64,000 nt of DNA, from the NCBI GenBank assembly GCA_964441565.1, contig CAYTWW010000002.1:88032-152031 (forward strand), in the 5' to 3' direction. This document shows, in pieces, positions 28,402 to 38,318 of the stretch. A program made the position numbers and the translations under genes. The notes under the pieces were generated by a model. The model saw only the letters and a program-made list of their open reading frames with translations, made no database searches and had not been told where the DNA came from. Origin of the DNA: an uncultured Methanosarcinales archaeon (GTDB lineage Archaea > Nanobdellota > Nanobdellia > Woesearchaeales > GW2011-AR15). Positions within the stretch are counted from its first letter, which is position 1. Every line of letters starts with the position of its first letter.

Positions 28402-30378
28402 CTAATACACTGCCACATACTTGACAATGCTGCACTCCCTGACATCCTTGACTGTGCAGAACCTCTGGATCTTCTCCTTGACAGAATCCAGGGACACTTT
28501 CGGCTCCATCTGTTCTGCAGGTGCCTCAGCGAATGATATCCTGTCATAGCATGCGACCTTCGAAAGATGGGAGAATATGTGTTTTTCAGACAGGCGCATG
28601 CCTGATCCATCTACATCTATAAGCCCTTGCGCCACCAGGCTTGCCACGACTTCCCCTATCCCGAGCCCAAGCTGCTTTGCCATGTCCTCTTCAGTGAATG
28701 TGCCAAGCTTGAAAGCCTGATGCAGCACTTTTATCTGGTCCTTCGATAGCCCTGCGAGCTCTGGCAGCCTTTTCGTCCGCATGGTCTCGATGTCTGTCAC
28801 GATCTCCCCGTTCTCCATCTCGCAGAGCAGGTTGAATTCCATGCCCTTCTCAGAGCATAGGAACATATAGGCAGGTATAAGCACTGTCTCCACCTTGGAC
28901 ACCTTCTTCTCGCTCATCAGCTCGATGTCCTTGGGTGACATCTTCGGTTTCACCAGAGGGATCATCTTCTTCTCCTCGAACTCTGTCAGTTTGTCGAAGA
29001 ACTTTCCTTCATTCTGCTCAAGCATCTCTACAGCATGTCCTCCATGCTGCGTCAGCCTTGGCCTGATGTTCACGAATAGCGGCATGTCTGCTATGCCTGT
29101 GATCAGAGCTGAACCGATAGGCAGGTTCTTAATCTCGCTCTCAGACTCGGCTGTGATACCCTCGACAGAGCTTGCGATCGCCTTCAGGTCACTGGGGTTC
29201 GTGACCTTCAGGATTATTTGTGTCGTGCACTGCGAGACGACAGACTTGTCTATCCTAGCAGGCCTCTGCGTTATCAGGCAAAGCCCGAGCCCGAACTTCC
29301 TCCCCTCTGATGCGACAGTACGCAGGATCTTCGAGCATCTCGCTTCTCCAAACGACCTCTCAGGGCAGAAGTTATGCGCTTCCTCGATCACACAGAAGAA
29401 CGGTGGCACCTTGTCTTTCTTCCTCAGCTCAAACAGGTCTTTCAGAAGCTTGTACAGGAGTATCTCAGTCACATCAGGATTCATGCCCTTGAGATTGATG
29501 ACAGTGCATTTCCCCGGCTGGACAAGCTCGTTGTAAGGAGAATAGCTATCTGTGAAGATATCAAGGTTCTTCAGGTACTCAAGGTTGTTGATGAGCGTCC
29601 ATTTGGCGGTATTCTCTTCCTTGTCGAGCGCGAACAGGACATTTGTGAAGTTGATCTTGTCAAGATGCTTGATCGCGCTGTATAGGATCCCCAGCTGCGT
29701 GTTGGACAGCTTTCCAGGTATGAGCTGGATTATCTCCGCAGGTGTCAGCTCGCTGTTGAGTTTTAGCGGACGAAGACTTGGATTCAGAGATGGATCTCCG
29801 AATTCCTGGACATTACTGAATGCCTTCGGCACAAGCCCGAACTTCGTCAGATTCTCCTTCTCCTCGGTGTTTGCATGCTTGAGCGAGGAGTACTCGCCAT
29901 GCGGATCGATTATCACGATAGGGACATTCTTCCCTATTATCTCCTCGACAAGGACCCCTGTCGTGTATGATTTGCCTGAACCTGATTTCGCCAGCACTAT
30001 CACATGCTTTGTCAGAAGCTTCGTGAGGTCCAGGTAGATGTCGATATCCTTTCCTTCGAGCTTTCCCACATATGCCCCCTTCTCAGTCTGCGGAAGGGCT
30101 ATGACTGACCTGACGAAATCATCCTCAGCACGAAGGACCTCAGAATTCTGGTCGAAAGGTATCCTTATGGACTTTATCCTGCCTTTGTCATCCTTATAAC
30201 CGATGACTGTGCATCTAGCGACATCCTTGTCAGTCCTCTCGATCTCCATTACCTGGCATAGCACCCAGTCATACACCTTGTGCATGACCTGGACGAACTC
30301 GAACTTCCTCGTCTCCTTCTCGACAATGAACTGGAAGTCGGTCGTGGTTATCTTGCCGAAGATATGTCCAAGGATCAT
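28402..30378 (-). CDS. herA: HerA/DUF87-family ATPase with N-terminal HAS barrel and C-terminal extension
   Basis: AKSGSGKS Walker A, IIDPHGEY, IEEAHNF, EGRKFG, TQRP. Confidence 0.9.
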   Translation of the reverse strand: MILGHIFGKITTTDFQFIVEKETRKFEFVQVMHKVYDWVLCQVMEIERTDKDVARCTVIGYKDDKGRIKSIRIPFDQNSEVLRAEDDFVRSVIALPQTEKGAYVGKLEGKDIDIYLDLTKLLTKHVIVLAKSGSGKSYTTGVLVEEIIGKNVPIVIIDPHGEYSSLKHANTEEKENLTKFGLVPKAFSNVQEFGDPSLNPSLRPLKLNSELTPAEIIQLIPGKLSNTQLGILYSAIKHLDKINFTNVLFALDKEENTAKWTLINNLEYLKNLDIFTDSYSPYNELVQPGKCTVINLKGMNPDVTEILLYKLLKDLFELRKKDKVPPFFCVIEEAHNFCPERSFGEARCSKILRTVASEGRKFGLGLCLITQRPARIDKSVVSQCTTQIILKVTNPSDLKAIASSVEGITAESESEIKNLPIGSALITGIADMPLFVNIRPRLTQHGGHAVEMLEQNEGKFFDKLTEFEEKKMIPLVKPKMSPKDIELMSEKKVSKVETVLIPAYMFLCSEKGMEFNLLCEMENGEIVTDIETMRTKRLPELAGLSKDQIKVLHQAFKLGTFTEEDMAKQLGLGIGEVVASLVAQGLIDVDGSGMRLSEKHIFSHLSKVACYDRISFAEAPAEQMEPKVSLDSVKEKIQRFCTVKDVRECSIVKYVAVY

Positions 30379-30411
30379 CTGCACAGAAAAAAGCCCGGCG
30401 CTTTAAATTAT

Positions 30412-32211
30412 TTATGTGCCGTATGCGTAATGATGATAGACCTGATTTGGGGACAGTAGCCTCCTTATCAGGTATGCTCTCGCTCTGCCTTCTTCCTGTG
30501 CGACGGCGAGATCCTCAGGCGCCAAGTCTCCATTCGTCCTCCTCCTTGTGATGCCCATGTATCCCTTATCTATAAGGAATTCCACCATTGCGAGCTGCCA
30601 GTTCCTGTAGGCTTCATGTGATTGCTGTTGCGCATCCTCCTGCAATGCGTCCTCAAGCGTCGTCTTCGCTTGGAACTCCGCGGCATACACCCTGTCGCCC
30701 CAGCTGCTCGGTGCAGTCTCGATCCTGAGATGGAGTGCATTGTAGTCACGATCCTGATCAGAGATGTAATCTTCAAACGCATCCTCATCCACCCAATTGA
30801 CGAAGATGCCTGCATGCGGCTCAGGCTTCTTTATCAGGACAACTTCTTCATCTGGCACCATGTGGCCGATCTTTTCCCTGTATTTGGAGATAATGAACGG
30901 TTCGATCGTCGTATATGCGATACCTTCACGCTCATAGATCGGGGCTGACCGTATGAGCCTGCGATCCTGCTTGCTGACTAGATCTATCAACGCATTCTTC
31001 TGCTCTTCTGTAAGGAGCACAAGCACACTCCCTATATGCTTTGTGATATTTGAGACAAGGTCCCCGTACCTGACTGCGTAAGGCCGTATGTCAGAAAGAG
31101 GACGTCCGACTAGATGTTCAGCCAGGGAATACAGGGTACTGTATGCCTGTTCTTCTCCGCCTGCCAATGCTTCCCTATCAAAGTCCCTGATATCGGCAGG
31201 CACCTGCGCCCCAGAAAATATCACTCTTATCCTATGGAGGTCGCTCAGGTCCCTCGGACTCGGCCTCCTTCTGAAATCAATGCCCTTTGACTCCATGAAA
31301 TCCTGAAGCTCGCCTGACTCGTACGCCTGCTGGAGGACTGGGGTGTGCTGCTGGAGGATGAACTTGTCAGGGAATGACTCGCCTTTGATGCCGTATGAGA
31401 TGAAGATATGCTTGGAGGGGATATGTTGCTCAGCAGCCTCTGATATCGACTGGATGATAGTGTCCTTGATCCTGGGATTCTTGAAGATCGATTTCTTGGG
31501 AAGGTCATCCAGATGCTCCCTCACAAGATCTGAGAGATTGACCGTCAGGAGGATTGTCTGATCAAGAGCATCATATAAGCTTAGGTAGTCCGATCCTACA
31601 CCTACAGCACTGCTGATCTGGTCATAGAGGTCTTTTTCATCCTCGAACCATTGTGAAAGCTCAGCATAGGCCTTCTTGATTATGCTCTGTTCCAGAAGAG
31701 GCTTATCTACCTTTGGCCTGAACAGCATCACTCTGCCCACATAATGGACGTCGGTCTCCCCACCGCATCTCCTGCAGCTGATCCTGCCTCTGTCCAGGTT
31801 CTCATCATGATGTGAGTAGAGGAATTGCGATCTCGAATAATGCTGCCTTGCTTCCTGTATCACGGCTCCTATGTCCCCTGCATCAGGTTCCGTAGGTATC
31901 AGCGCCCTGGCGACCATGGTGGGATAAGCATGATTATGGCATGTCTCATTCACAAGGAGATAGTGGCTCACTTCAGGATCGCTGACAAGGTTGGCGGCCC
32001 AGCCTGATATCCTGGAGACCACGGTCTGGACGAAAGTGAAACCATGGTCCTTCTCAGTATCAAACTTCTCCAGGAAGCCTGATGCCATCTTCAGGACGTC
32101 TGCCCAGCTATCCTGCAGATACTGGATGGATCGTGTCCGCTCTTCCCGGAACAGTCCCTTCTCCAGCTGTGCAAGGTCCGTGCTGATTATATGCTCCAGA
32201 GACCTCATCAT
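30412..32211 (-). CDS. Protein with C-terminal RelA/SpoT-like nucleotidyltransferase (alarmone synthetase-like) domain
   Basis: Ordered motifs GIKGESFPDK, DLSDLHRIRVI, DYI..DYNALHL, EFQAKT, SHEAYR. Confidence 0.65.
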   Translation of the reverse strand: MMRSLEHIISTDLAQLEKGLFREERTRSIQYLQDSWADVLKMASGFLEKFDTEKDHGFTFVQTVVSRISGWAANLVSDPEVSHYLLVNETCHNHAYPTMVARALIPTEPDAGDIGAVIQEARQHYSRSQFLYSHHDENLDRGRISCRRCGGETDVHYVGRVMLFRPKVDKPLLEQSIIKKAYAELSQWFEDEKDLYDQISSAVGVGSDYLSLYDALDQTILLTVNLSDLVREHLDDLPKKSIFKNPRIKDTIIQSISEAAEQHIPSKHIFISYGIKGESFPDKFILQQHTPVLQQAYESGELQDFMESKGIDFRRRPSPRDLSDLHRIRVIFSGAQVPADIRDFDREALAGGEEQAYSTLYSLAEHLVGRPLSDIRPYAVRYGDLVSNITKHIGSVLVLLTEEQKNALIDLVSKQDRRLIRSAPIYEREGIAYTTIEPFIISKYREKIGHMVPDEEVVLIKKPEPHAGIFVNWVDEDAFEDYISDQDRDYNALHLRIETAPSSWGDRVYAAEFQAKTTLEDALQEDAQQQSHEAYRNWQLAMVEFLIDKGYMGITRRRTNGDLAPEDLAVAQEEGRARAYLIRRLLSPNQVYHHYAYGT

Positions 32212-32302
32212 GCTAGTGATTTGTGAAAGCTTAATTAAAAACATTGCCGTAACCTAAAAGAAAAACAGCAGTTTTTTCAAGTATGAAGGATTGCATGCAG
32301 GG

Positions 32303-32758
32303 ATGGACAGGCTTATCGCCCTAAATTCGAAAGAGATCAAGGAGATCTCAAAGGAGATCGAGGACAACTATGGGGCAGGCTTCGATTTCTCAAGATATGG
32401 TGTCTACAAGAGCGGCAAGGATAAGGTCTACATTATAAATAGGGAAGCTACTGCTCTCGACTTCGATGAGCTCCGAGTCAATACCCTTGGTCTGTATTTC
32501 TGCGACATGTCAGGAGAGGAGATAAGGCTATCGATGGAAGGGTCTTTCCTTGTATCGAAGACAGCTAAGAAAGGCATCCTCGACATCGGAGACGATGATG
32601 CTGTCCTATGGTTGTCTGGAAAGGATCTTGAGTTGAAGGCTGAGAGAGGTTTCCTGATCATCCGGAACAGGGGAGATATCCTGGGTTCAGGCAAATCCAC
32701 AGGCAGGCTAATACTCAATTACCTCCCTAAGACAAGGCGGTTAAAAGCGGAATCCTGA
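32303..32758 (+). CDS. NIP7/RsmF-C-terminal-like pre-PUA/PUA RNA-binding protein
   Basis: NTLGLYF, IRLSMEGS, WLSGKDL, ILGSGK, NYLPKTRR. Confidence 0.7.
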   Translation: MDRLIALNSKEIKEISKEIEDNYGAGFDFSRYGVYKSGKDKVYIINREATALDFDELRVNTLGLYFCDMSGEEIRLSMEGSFLVSKTAKKGILDIGDDDAVLWLSGKDLELKAERGFLIIRNRGDILGSGKSTGRLILNYLPKTRRLKAES

Positions 32759-34259
32759 TCCCTGGTGCTGAGTATGGAAGTCGGATGAGCGCCCTTGAAT
32801 CAGGCACATATCCGCCTCGCATGTTCTTCGATTGCGAAGCCTTGGCAAGAGCATTGAATGACAGCATCTCAGCATAGAACTGTTCGACCGAATCCAGGGA
32901 TACAAGGCCTCTGTATCCTGTGTCTGCCACTGGGTTTGAAGGGTCGACCTGGGAAGAAAGCCGTCCGATGGTATCCTTGAAATGGTATTCCTTGTTCATT
33001 CTCTTCTCAAACCAGCTGACAGCTATGCCTGGCGACCTGTCCCTCTTCTGGAACATCCCCTTCCTATCATACGACAAGGCCCCCTCATATACCTTTGAGA
33101 GTTGTTTCCATAGCATATCCGAGGATATCTTCCTTGGCTTCTCTCCCCTCAGCTGAGAGTATTTCATTATCTTCTCCGCAAGCCCCTGGAGTTCATCATC
33201 ATCGCTTATCCTGTCTACAACCCGTTCGGTATCGTTTATGATCGCCTGGGCTAGTGCCATCCTCATCCCGAACAGCATTGGTGCCCTTGGGCCTTCAGCA
33301 ATCATCTCCACTGTCTCGTTCTGCAGTGCCCAGTTCCTATAATGCGTCTCCCTCTTCCCCTCTGTCCTGTCTACGAGAACATATTTGAGGGTATCGATGT
33401 CTTCAGGCTTTGTATCACGCGTGAAATCGAATGTGTATTCCCTTTCAGTATTATGGATCCTGTCAGCGAACTTGACAGATACTACAACATCCCTCACCAC
33501 AGTATCCTTGACTGAGAGCATCCTCTGGATGTACTCGACATATGACTCGAAAGGGCTTCGGGTTATCGCCTTAAGCCCATCTGAAAGCTGTCTCTCAAGG
33601 ATATCATCTCCCAGATCAAGATACCCTACGACGATATTGATGATCCGATCCCTCTCTGAGATATACTCCTGCTCCATTTGCCCAAGCTGTCTTTGCGCCT
33701 TGTCGATGAGCGCCAGATACATAGAAGGAAGCCTGCCCATACCCTCCCTTGTCTCTTTTCGCAACTGGTTTATCTGGCTCCTGTATTTCTCCTTGAACTC
33801 TGGAAGATCCTCTATCGTGTCATGCAGGAGAGACAGGTAGGACATGAATGGGCTCCCGAAGTCTCCCGCCAGCCTGTCTGCGATCAGTGAGACACCGATC
33901 ACATGAGAAAGCCTTGATTTCTCAGGGGAGAACTTCCTCCTCTTGTCTTTCCTGTTTTCGAAATCATAATAGATATGCTTGTCAAGATTGAGAATCCTTA
34001 TCAGCACGTCACTATCAAGTGCATCATCATGCCTGAGAGAATAATCGCTCGCCAGCCTCCTTGCGATAGGAGCCAGCCTTTTCCTCAATGGTGCTCTGCT
34101 GATGAAATCATCAAGCTCAAACATGCCATATGTGCTGGCCTTCAAAACATAAGGATCGAGCAGGTCTCCGATAGCTATGCCTTCATGGGACAGCATGACT
34201 GCTCTCTCTGTGATACCGTCGATGGATTCCTGCGTCAGAAGCTCCTCAAGGTCAGGCAT
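32727..34259 (-). CDS. HD-domain protein of RelA/SpoT hydrolase (MESH1/SAH-like) type with long extensions
   Basis: SHVIGV, LLHDTIED, AITRSPFESYVEYIQR, VKFADRIHN. Confidence 0.75.
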   Translation of the reverse strand: MPDLEELLTQESIDGITERAVMLSHEGIAIGDLLDPYVLKASTYGMFELDDFISRAPLRKRLAPIARRLASDYSLRHDDALDSDVLIRILNLDKHIYYDFENRKDKRRKFSPEKSRLSHVIGVSLIADRLAGDFGSPFMSYLSLLHDTIEDLPEFKEKYRSQINQLRKETREGMGRLPSMYLALIDKAQRQLGQMEQEYISERDRIINIVVGYLDLGDDILERQLSDGLKAITRSPFESYVEYIQRMLSVKDTVVRDVVVSVKFADRIHNTEREYTFDFTRDTKPEDIDTLKYVLVDRTEGKRETHYRNWALQNETVEMIAEGPRAPMLFGMRMALAQAIINDTERVVDRISDDDELQGLAEKIMKYSQLRGEKPRKISSDMLWKQLSKVYEGALSYDRKGMFQKRDRSPGIAVSWFEKRMNKEYHFKDTIGRLSSQVDPSNPVADTGYRGLVSLDSVEQFYAEMLSFNALAKASQSKNMRGGYVPDSRALIRLPYSAPGIRIPLLTALS

Positions 34260-34343
34260 CCACTAGCAATACCGATGATTGATTTAAAAACCTGAGTGCA
34301 TTATGCAAAATCTGGAAGGGAGATATTCCATCATAGGGGATTT

Positions 34344-34802
34344 TTATCCGGTCTCACCACGGTTCCATATCCTATCTCCCACATGATGGATGTTCCTTAT
34401 CACCTTTCCTGTTGCCATCGCATCCATCTTCACAGAATCGAACATGGCGATACCGACTGCAAGAGGTCTCCTGTTGTTGATGTCTACGACAGAGACTACA
34501 TCGCCTTCACCAAATGTAGGGATCTCCTTTATCCCTGGCCGCATGATGTCTGCCCCTGATGCAACGAATCTCACAGCACCCATATCGACCACGATCTGCT
34601 TGAGGAAATTATCAGTTAGGAGCATCCTCAGGACAGGAACCGGATGATTTTCATATAGGAAGAACCTGAGTTCCTCGTTCACCAGTATAAGGTCCTCATC
34701 AAGTTCCACCTTGTCTTTCTTGTCCACAAGCTCTCTTCCATACCTTTCGACTACTGTCGAGAATAGTTCCCTTATCTCCTTGTTCTTCAGATGCCTTTTC
34801 AT
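34344..34802 (-). CDS. PUA-domain RNA-binding protein (MCT-1/Tma20-like)
   Basis: VDMGAVRFVASGADIMRPGI, PLAVG, HHVGDRIW. Confidence 0.9.
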   Translation of the reverse strand: MKRHLKNKEIRELFSTVVERYGRELVDKKDKVELDEDLILVNEELRFFLYENHPVPVLRMLLTDNFLKQIVVDMGAVRFVASGADIMRPGIKEIPTFGEGDVVSVVDINNRRPLAVGIAMFDSVKMDAMATGKVIRNIHHVGDRIWNRGETG

Positions 34803-35185
34803 CTTATCTCGATTGTCGCAGACGCTGCAGGATCCTTCAGATGCTCGACGATCCTCCTGTCTATGTCGCATGCTGCCTTCGTCGCCCTTGTCCCAAGAGT
34901 CCTGCTGCTCAGGAATGAGCTCCTCCGCAGGACTATCTCATGCTCATCATCAAAAGCATGGTTGACCTCTGCGGTGAAACTGTCTGAGATACCTTTTGCA
35001 AAGATGGTGACAGTGATGTGATCCTTATCTCTGATATGGTCAGACAGCTCTTTAAGGCCATAATCAGCCCTGATTCCTAGTATGCAGTCACCATTAAGGC
35101 TTAGAGCATCATCCTTGGTGAACTCGATTGTGTTCCTGTGCTCTGACCTTGTATTCTTGTGTCCGTGCACAGTGAACCTGATCAC
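34799..35185 (-). CDS. DUF371 family protein
   Basis: GHKNTRSEHRNTIEFTKD, GDCILGI, RRSSFLSSRT, KAACDIDR. Confidence 0.85.
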   Translation of the reverse strand: MIRFTVHGHKNTRSEHRNTIEFTKDDALSLNGDCILGIRADYGLKELSDHIRDKDHITVTIFAKGISDSFTAEVNHAFDDEHEIVLRRSSFLSSRTLGTRATKAACDIDRRIVEHLKDPAASATIEIR

Positions 35186-35409
35186 TTCTTATCTTCCCGC
35201 TTGACTATGTCTTCGATAGGCTTCTTCTCAGATGCTTCCTGTGCCATCTTCTGGAGGTCGATGCCCATGTCAGATAGAGACTTGACATGCATCTGCATCA
35301 GCTGCTCAACGATGTTGACCAGCTTCAAGAGCTCTTGCCTCTCTTTTGCCAGGGTTGACAAAGAACCTTTATGGAAACCTATCTGCTCTTCCTTGGAAAC
35401 ATTCTCCAT
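35182..35409 (-). CDS. Small hypothetical protein
   Basis: GGTGA SD; overlaps next gene; helical. Confidence 0.7.
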   Translation of the reverse strand: MENVSKEEQIGFHKGSLSTLAKERQELLKLVNIVEQLMQMHVKSLSDMGIDLQKMAQEASEKKPIEDIVKREDKK

Positions 35410-35540
35410 ATTATCACCTACTCTCCATCTAGGTTTCCAGATATATAATGCTTTCTAATTCCATGAAATATCCTGCATGGAAAATATTTATCCGGTTTTC
35501 TCGATAAGCCTTATAACTTAGTTGATACTAATCTGCCCCC

Positions 35541-36176
35541 ATGGACCTGCTAGCGCTATCAATCAATATCAGGCAACTCTTCCTTGGAAGCGAGAGGAAT
35601 TTCTTTGGGCTTCCTGTTGACCAGAAACATAGGGGAAAGATAATATCCATCAATTCATACTACAGGAGATTCTCCCTGAAGCATGCTGGGGCACTCCCGA
35701 CAAAGACCCACGCCCAGTTCATTGTCTGGAAGACCAATCACAGGCTAAGGCTCGGCTTCCCTGTAGGCTGGTATATGTACGGACCCTTCTGTCCTATACC
35801 CTTCGGTTTCTCTTTCAGGGACAACCTGAATGATGAAGAGAAGAATGTCGTCGAGAAGGCTGCCATCGACCTGATGAGGTTTGGGACGCTGAAGCTTGAG
35901 AGGATCGCTTCTGTCTATCAGCCAATCCATGAGGCGCGGCTGGACATAGTGCATGGTAAGCGCAGAGATGCATTCGTCAATCTGAGAAGGCATGCTCCGC
36001 CAGAGACCAGGGATCTGATACGCCCTTGCGAAGGCGAGCAGTTCGCTTCATTATGGCGCTACATCTCGCTCGTGCGGCTCCGGGACTCCCTGAGGTTCTA
36101 CTATGGAAAGCGTATAGATCTTTACCTATGGAGACAGATCCTGAGAGCCAGGAGGATGGTTCAGCAGGCTGAATAG
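35541..36176 (+). CDS. Hypothetical protein (WYMYGPF motif, weakly DUF4065/Panacea-like)
   Basis: 211-aa ORF after CTTATAA TATA-like box. Confidence 0.6.
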   Translation: MDLLALSINIRQLFLGSERNFFGLPVDQKHRGKIISINSYYRRFSLKHAGALPTKTHAQFIVWKTNHRLRLGFPVGWYMYGPFCPIPFGFSFRDNLNDEEKNVVEKAAIDLMRFGTLKLERIASVYQPIHEARLDIVHGKRRDAFVNLRRHAPPETRDLIRPCEGEQFASLWRYISLVRLRDSLRFYYGKRIDLYLWRQILRARRMVQQAE

Positions 36177-38176
36177 TTCGTTCGGAGGAAATCGATTATT
36201 GAGCTTGAGCCCCTTCTTGTGAAATGAAGATATTTGATACCTCTCTTGTCGCATTCTGATTTCACTGGACCATAGCAGTCATGGTCGATATTTGGTGTGA
36301 TGAATATGATCAGATCCATTTGCCCTGCCTGCTGAGCATCTCTTCTGGGATTCTGCCGATGATAGACAGTTGTCGGGACAGGTATCGTCTTTTCGATGAT
36401 GTGAGCAGTCTCTGAAGAATAGTCGCCTCCATAGATATGGATATTTGAGAACCTTTCTAGATGCAGGCTATCAGTCAGGGTCTGAGCAGAAGCAAGGTCT
36501 GGATTCCTTGCTTGTGATTCAGGCAGTAGGCGAGCGCAAAGGCCAGCGTATATGTTTCCTTGAAGTTCAAGCCTACCCAGTCTCTGCCCGGATTCAAGAA
36601 GGCTTTGGTATGCTGCCCAGAGGCACACATCTGATAGGAGTATCTTGATCATTGAGCTTTGATTTTCTTGTAGATCATTCGACATGAGCAGGGCCTGTTG
36701 AAGCCCTTTATCGGCGATAGTCCAGAACCTGCCCTGCATTCCATCTGGAAGGCAGGAGAATCCCTGACTCACTGATCGAGCATCCTCGATTCCTAGAGAA
36801 GAGATATATGCATCGAATCTGCTCTGTCTCTGCTGTGATGCCACAGCTCTGGCTTTGCTGATCCTTCTCTCGAGTGTCTCCAGGTTTCCTGCTTTGAACC
36901 CAGGCTCAATATCTCCATCTATCTTATTCAATGCACTGCGGATCGTCTTGAGCCTGGTCTGGTTCGGTTGCTGAAGGGCAGTATCCAACAGCAAGGCAGC
37001 CTTGTTGACATACCCTGACCTGACCATGGTGAAATAATCCTTGAGCACCAATTCTGCCATGCTGTACCTTTCGGTCACATCAATGATCCTATCATGGCTG
37101 TCGGCTGAGAAAAGGATCTCGATGTTCTCAAGGAGGACTCCGGCTCCTTTCCATTGGTAAGGTTTTTCAAGTCCTAGGAGGAATTCTTCGAAGGTGCCAT
37201 TGCCAAAAGGCATCCTGAACCATGGCATCCCCCCGATCACAGCTCTTGATCCTGCCCCTGTGGTCTTTGCAAGCTTAAGGATGCCGGGATTTCTTGCCAG
37301 CTCATCAAGCAGGCAATCTCTGTTCTCAGGAGCTTCAGCCTTCAGGAGCCTGAGAGCTGTGCCTGGCTCATCTATCATAGCCAGCTTCTCAGCGACATAT
37401 CCTATGGGAGGTGATTCGCGTCTCCTGTCGAGGAGCTTGTATATCTCGATCCAGCTCTGCCTTGTGAGTACCTTGTATGATTCCTCCAAGTCCTGCATCA
37501 TCAGGACGATCGGGTCTAGCCTCTGTGCCTCGGAGAACAGACCGATTGTGACCTCTGTATCTGTCTTGTAGACTTCTCTTATGAGGATATTCCTCTCTCG
37601 CGTCGCCTCAATCAGATCTTCCAGATACAGGTTGGTGGCTACTGGCCCTGCTGCTTCGAATATCGAAGTAGCGATCCCCACCAGCTCTTCAAGATTTGAG
37701 ACCTTCTTATGGTAGTCTCCCATGGATTCATCGCAATACAGCTTGATCCTTGTCAGAGGATAGACATAAGGGACTTCATAGAAGTTGTGCTTCTGGGGTA
37801 TCTTGACATCCCCAGCCAACATCACTGCTTCCAATACCTTCTCGTCGCTTGGATTGATGCGTGCCACCTTCTGAGCAGTGCCAAGGCAGCTGAGGCCATA
37901 GTTCCAGTCCGCATAGTCTGCAAGTGTTGAAAGGAATTTGCGTGCTCTCTTGAGGAAATCCTGGGAAGCTCCTGTGATCAATGGCTCAAGATCCAGCTGA
38001 AGGCTGACAGCAGGAGATACCTGAGGCAGGGCTTTATCGAAAAGCCTTCTCGCATCCTCGAGAGCGATGTTATAGAGCCACGCCATTGCTGCTGAGACTA
38101 CAGCTCTCTTGTCCTCGTACTCCTCTCTATCCTTTTCAAGCTCCCTTTCAAGGCGTTCCTTTTTCTTTCTACTCAC
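36161..38176 (-). CDS. Large protein with C-terminal DUF2325-like domain
   Basis: IHIYGG...DLIIFITPNIDH...VKSECDKRGIKYLH. Confidence 0.65.
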   Translation of the reverse strand: MSRKKKERLERELEKDREEYEDKRAVVSAAMAWLYNIALEDARRLFDKALPQVSPAVSLQLDLEPLITGASQDFLKRARKFLSTLADYADWNYGLSCLGTAQKVARINPSDEKVLEAVMLAGDVKIPQKHNFYEVPYVYPLTRIKLYCDESMGDYHKKVSNLEELVGIATSIFEAAGPVATNLYLEDLIEATRERNILIREVYKTDTEVTIGLFSEAQRLDPIVLMMQDLEESYKVLTRQSWIEIYKLLDRRRESPPIGYVAEKLAMIDEPGTALRLLKAEAPENRDCLLDELARNPGILKLAKTTGAGSRAVIGGMPWFRMPFGNGTFEEFLLGLEKPYQWKGAGVLLENIEILFSADSHDRIIDVTERYSMAELVLKDYFTMVRSGYVNKAALLLDTALQQPNQTRLKTIRSALNKIDGDIEPGFKAGNLETLERRISKARAVASQQRQSRFDAYISSLGIEDARSVSQGFSCLPDGMQGRFWTIADKGLQQALLMSNDLQENQSSMIKILLSDVCLWAAYQSLLESGQRLGRLELQGNIYAGLCARLLPESQARNPDLASAQTLTDSLHLERFSNIHIYGGDYSSETAHIIEKTIPVPTTVYHRQNPRRDAQQAGQMDLIIFITPNIDHDCYGPVKSECDKRGIKYLHFTRRGSSSIIDFLRTNYSAC

Positions 38177-38215
38177 AAATCAAGGCGGACCAGGTAGCAA
38201 TATTTAAGGATTTTC

Positions 38216-38241
38216 ATGAAAAGAGTGAAGGGATAGGGATT
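38216..38241 (-). repeat. Direct repeat of tRNA-Leu 3' end plus trailer
   Basis: ATGAAAAGAGTGAAGGGATAGGGATT vs ATGAAAAGAGTGAGGGGATAGGGATT at 38309-38334 (1 mismatch). Confidence 0.8.
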
Positions 38242-38318
38242 CCCAGGAACCGTAAGTTCATGGGCACACGAATGAAATGAGTGTGTGTTCAAATCCTGAC
38301 CCGAACGAATGAAAAGAG

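Noticed and set aside
35459..35482. Inverted repeat TTCCATG-N10-CATGGAA in a divergent promoter
   Set aside because: Only 7-bp arms in AT-rich DNA and a single occurrence, so it could be chance.
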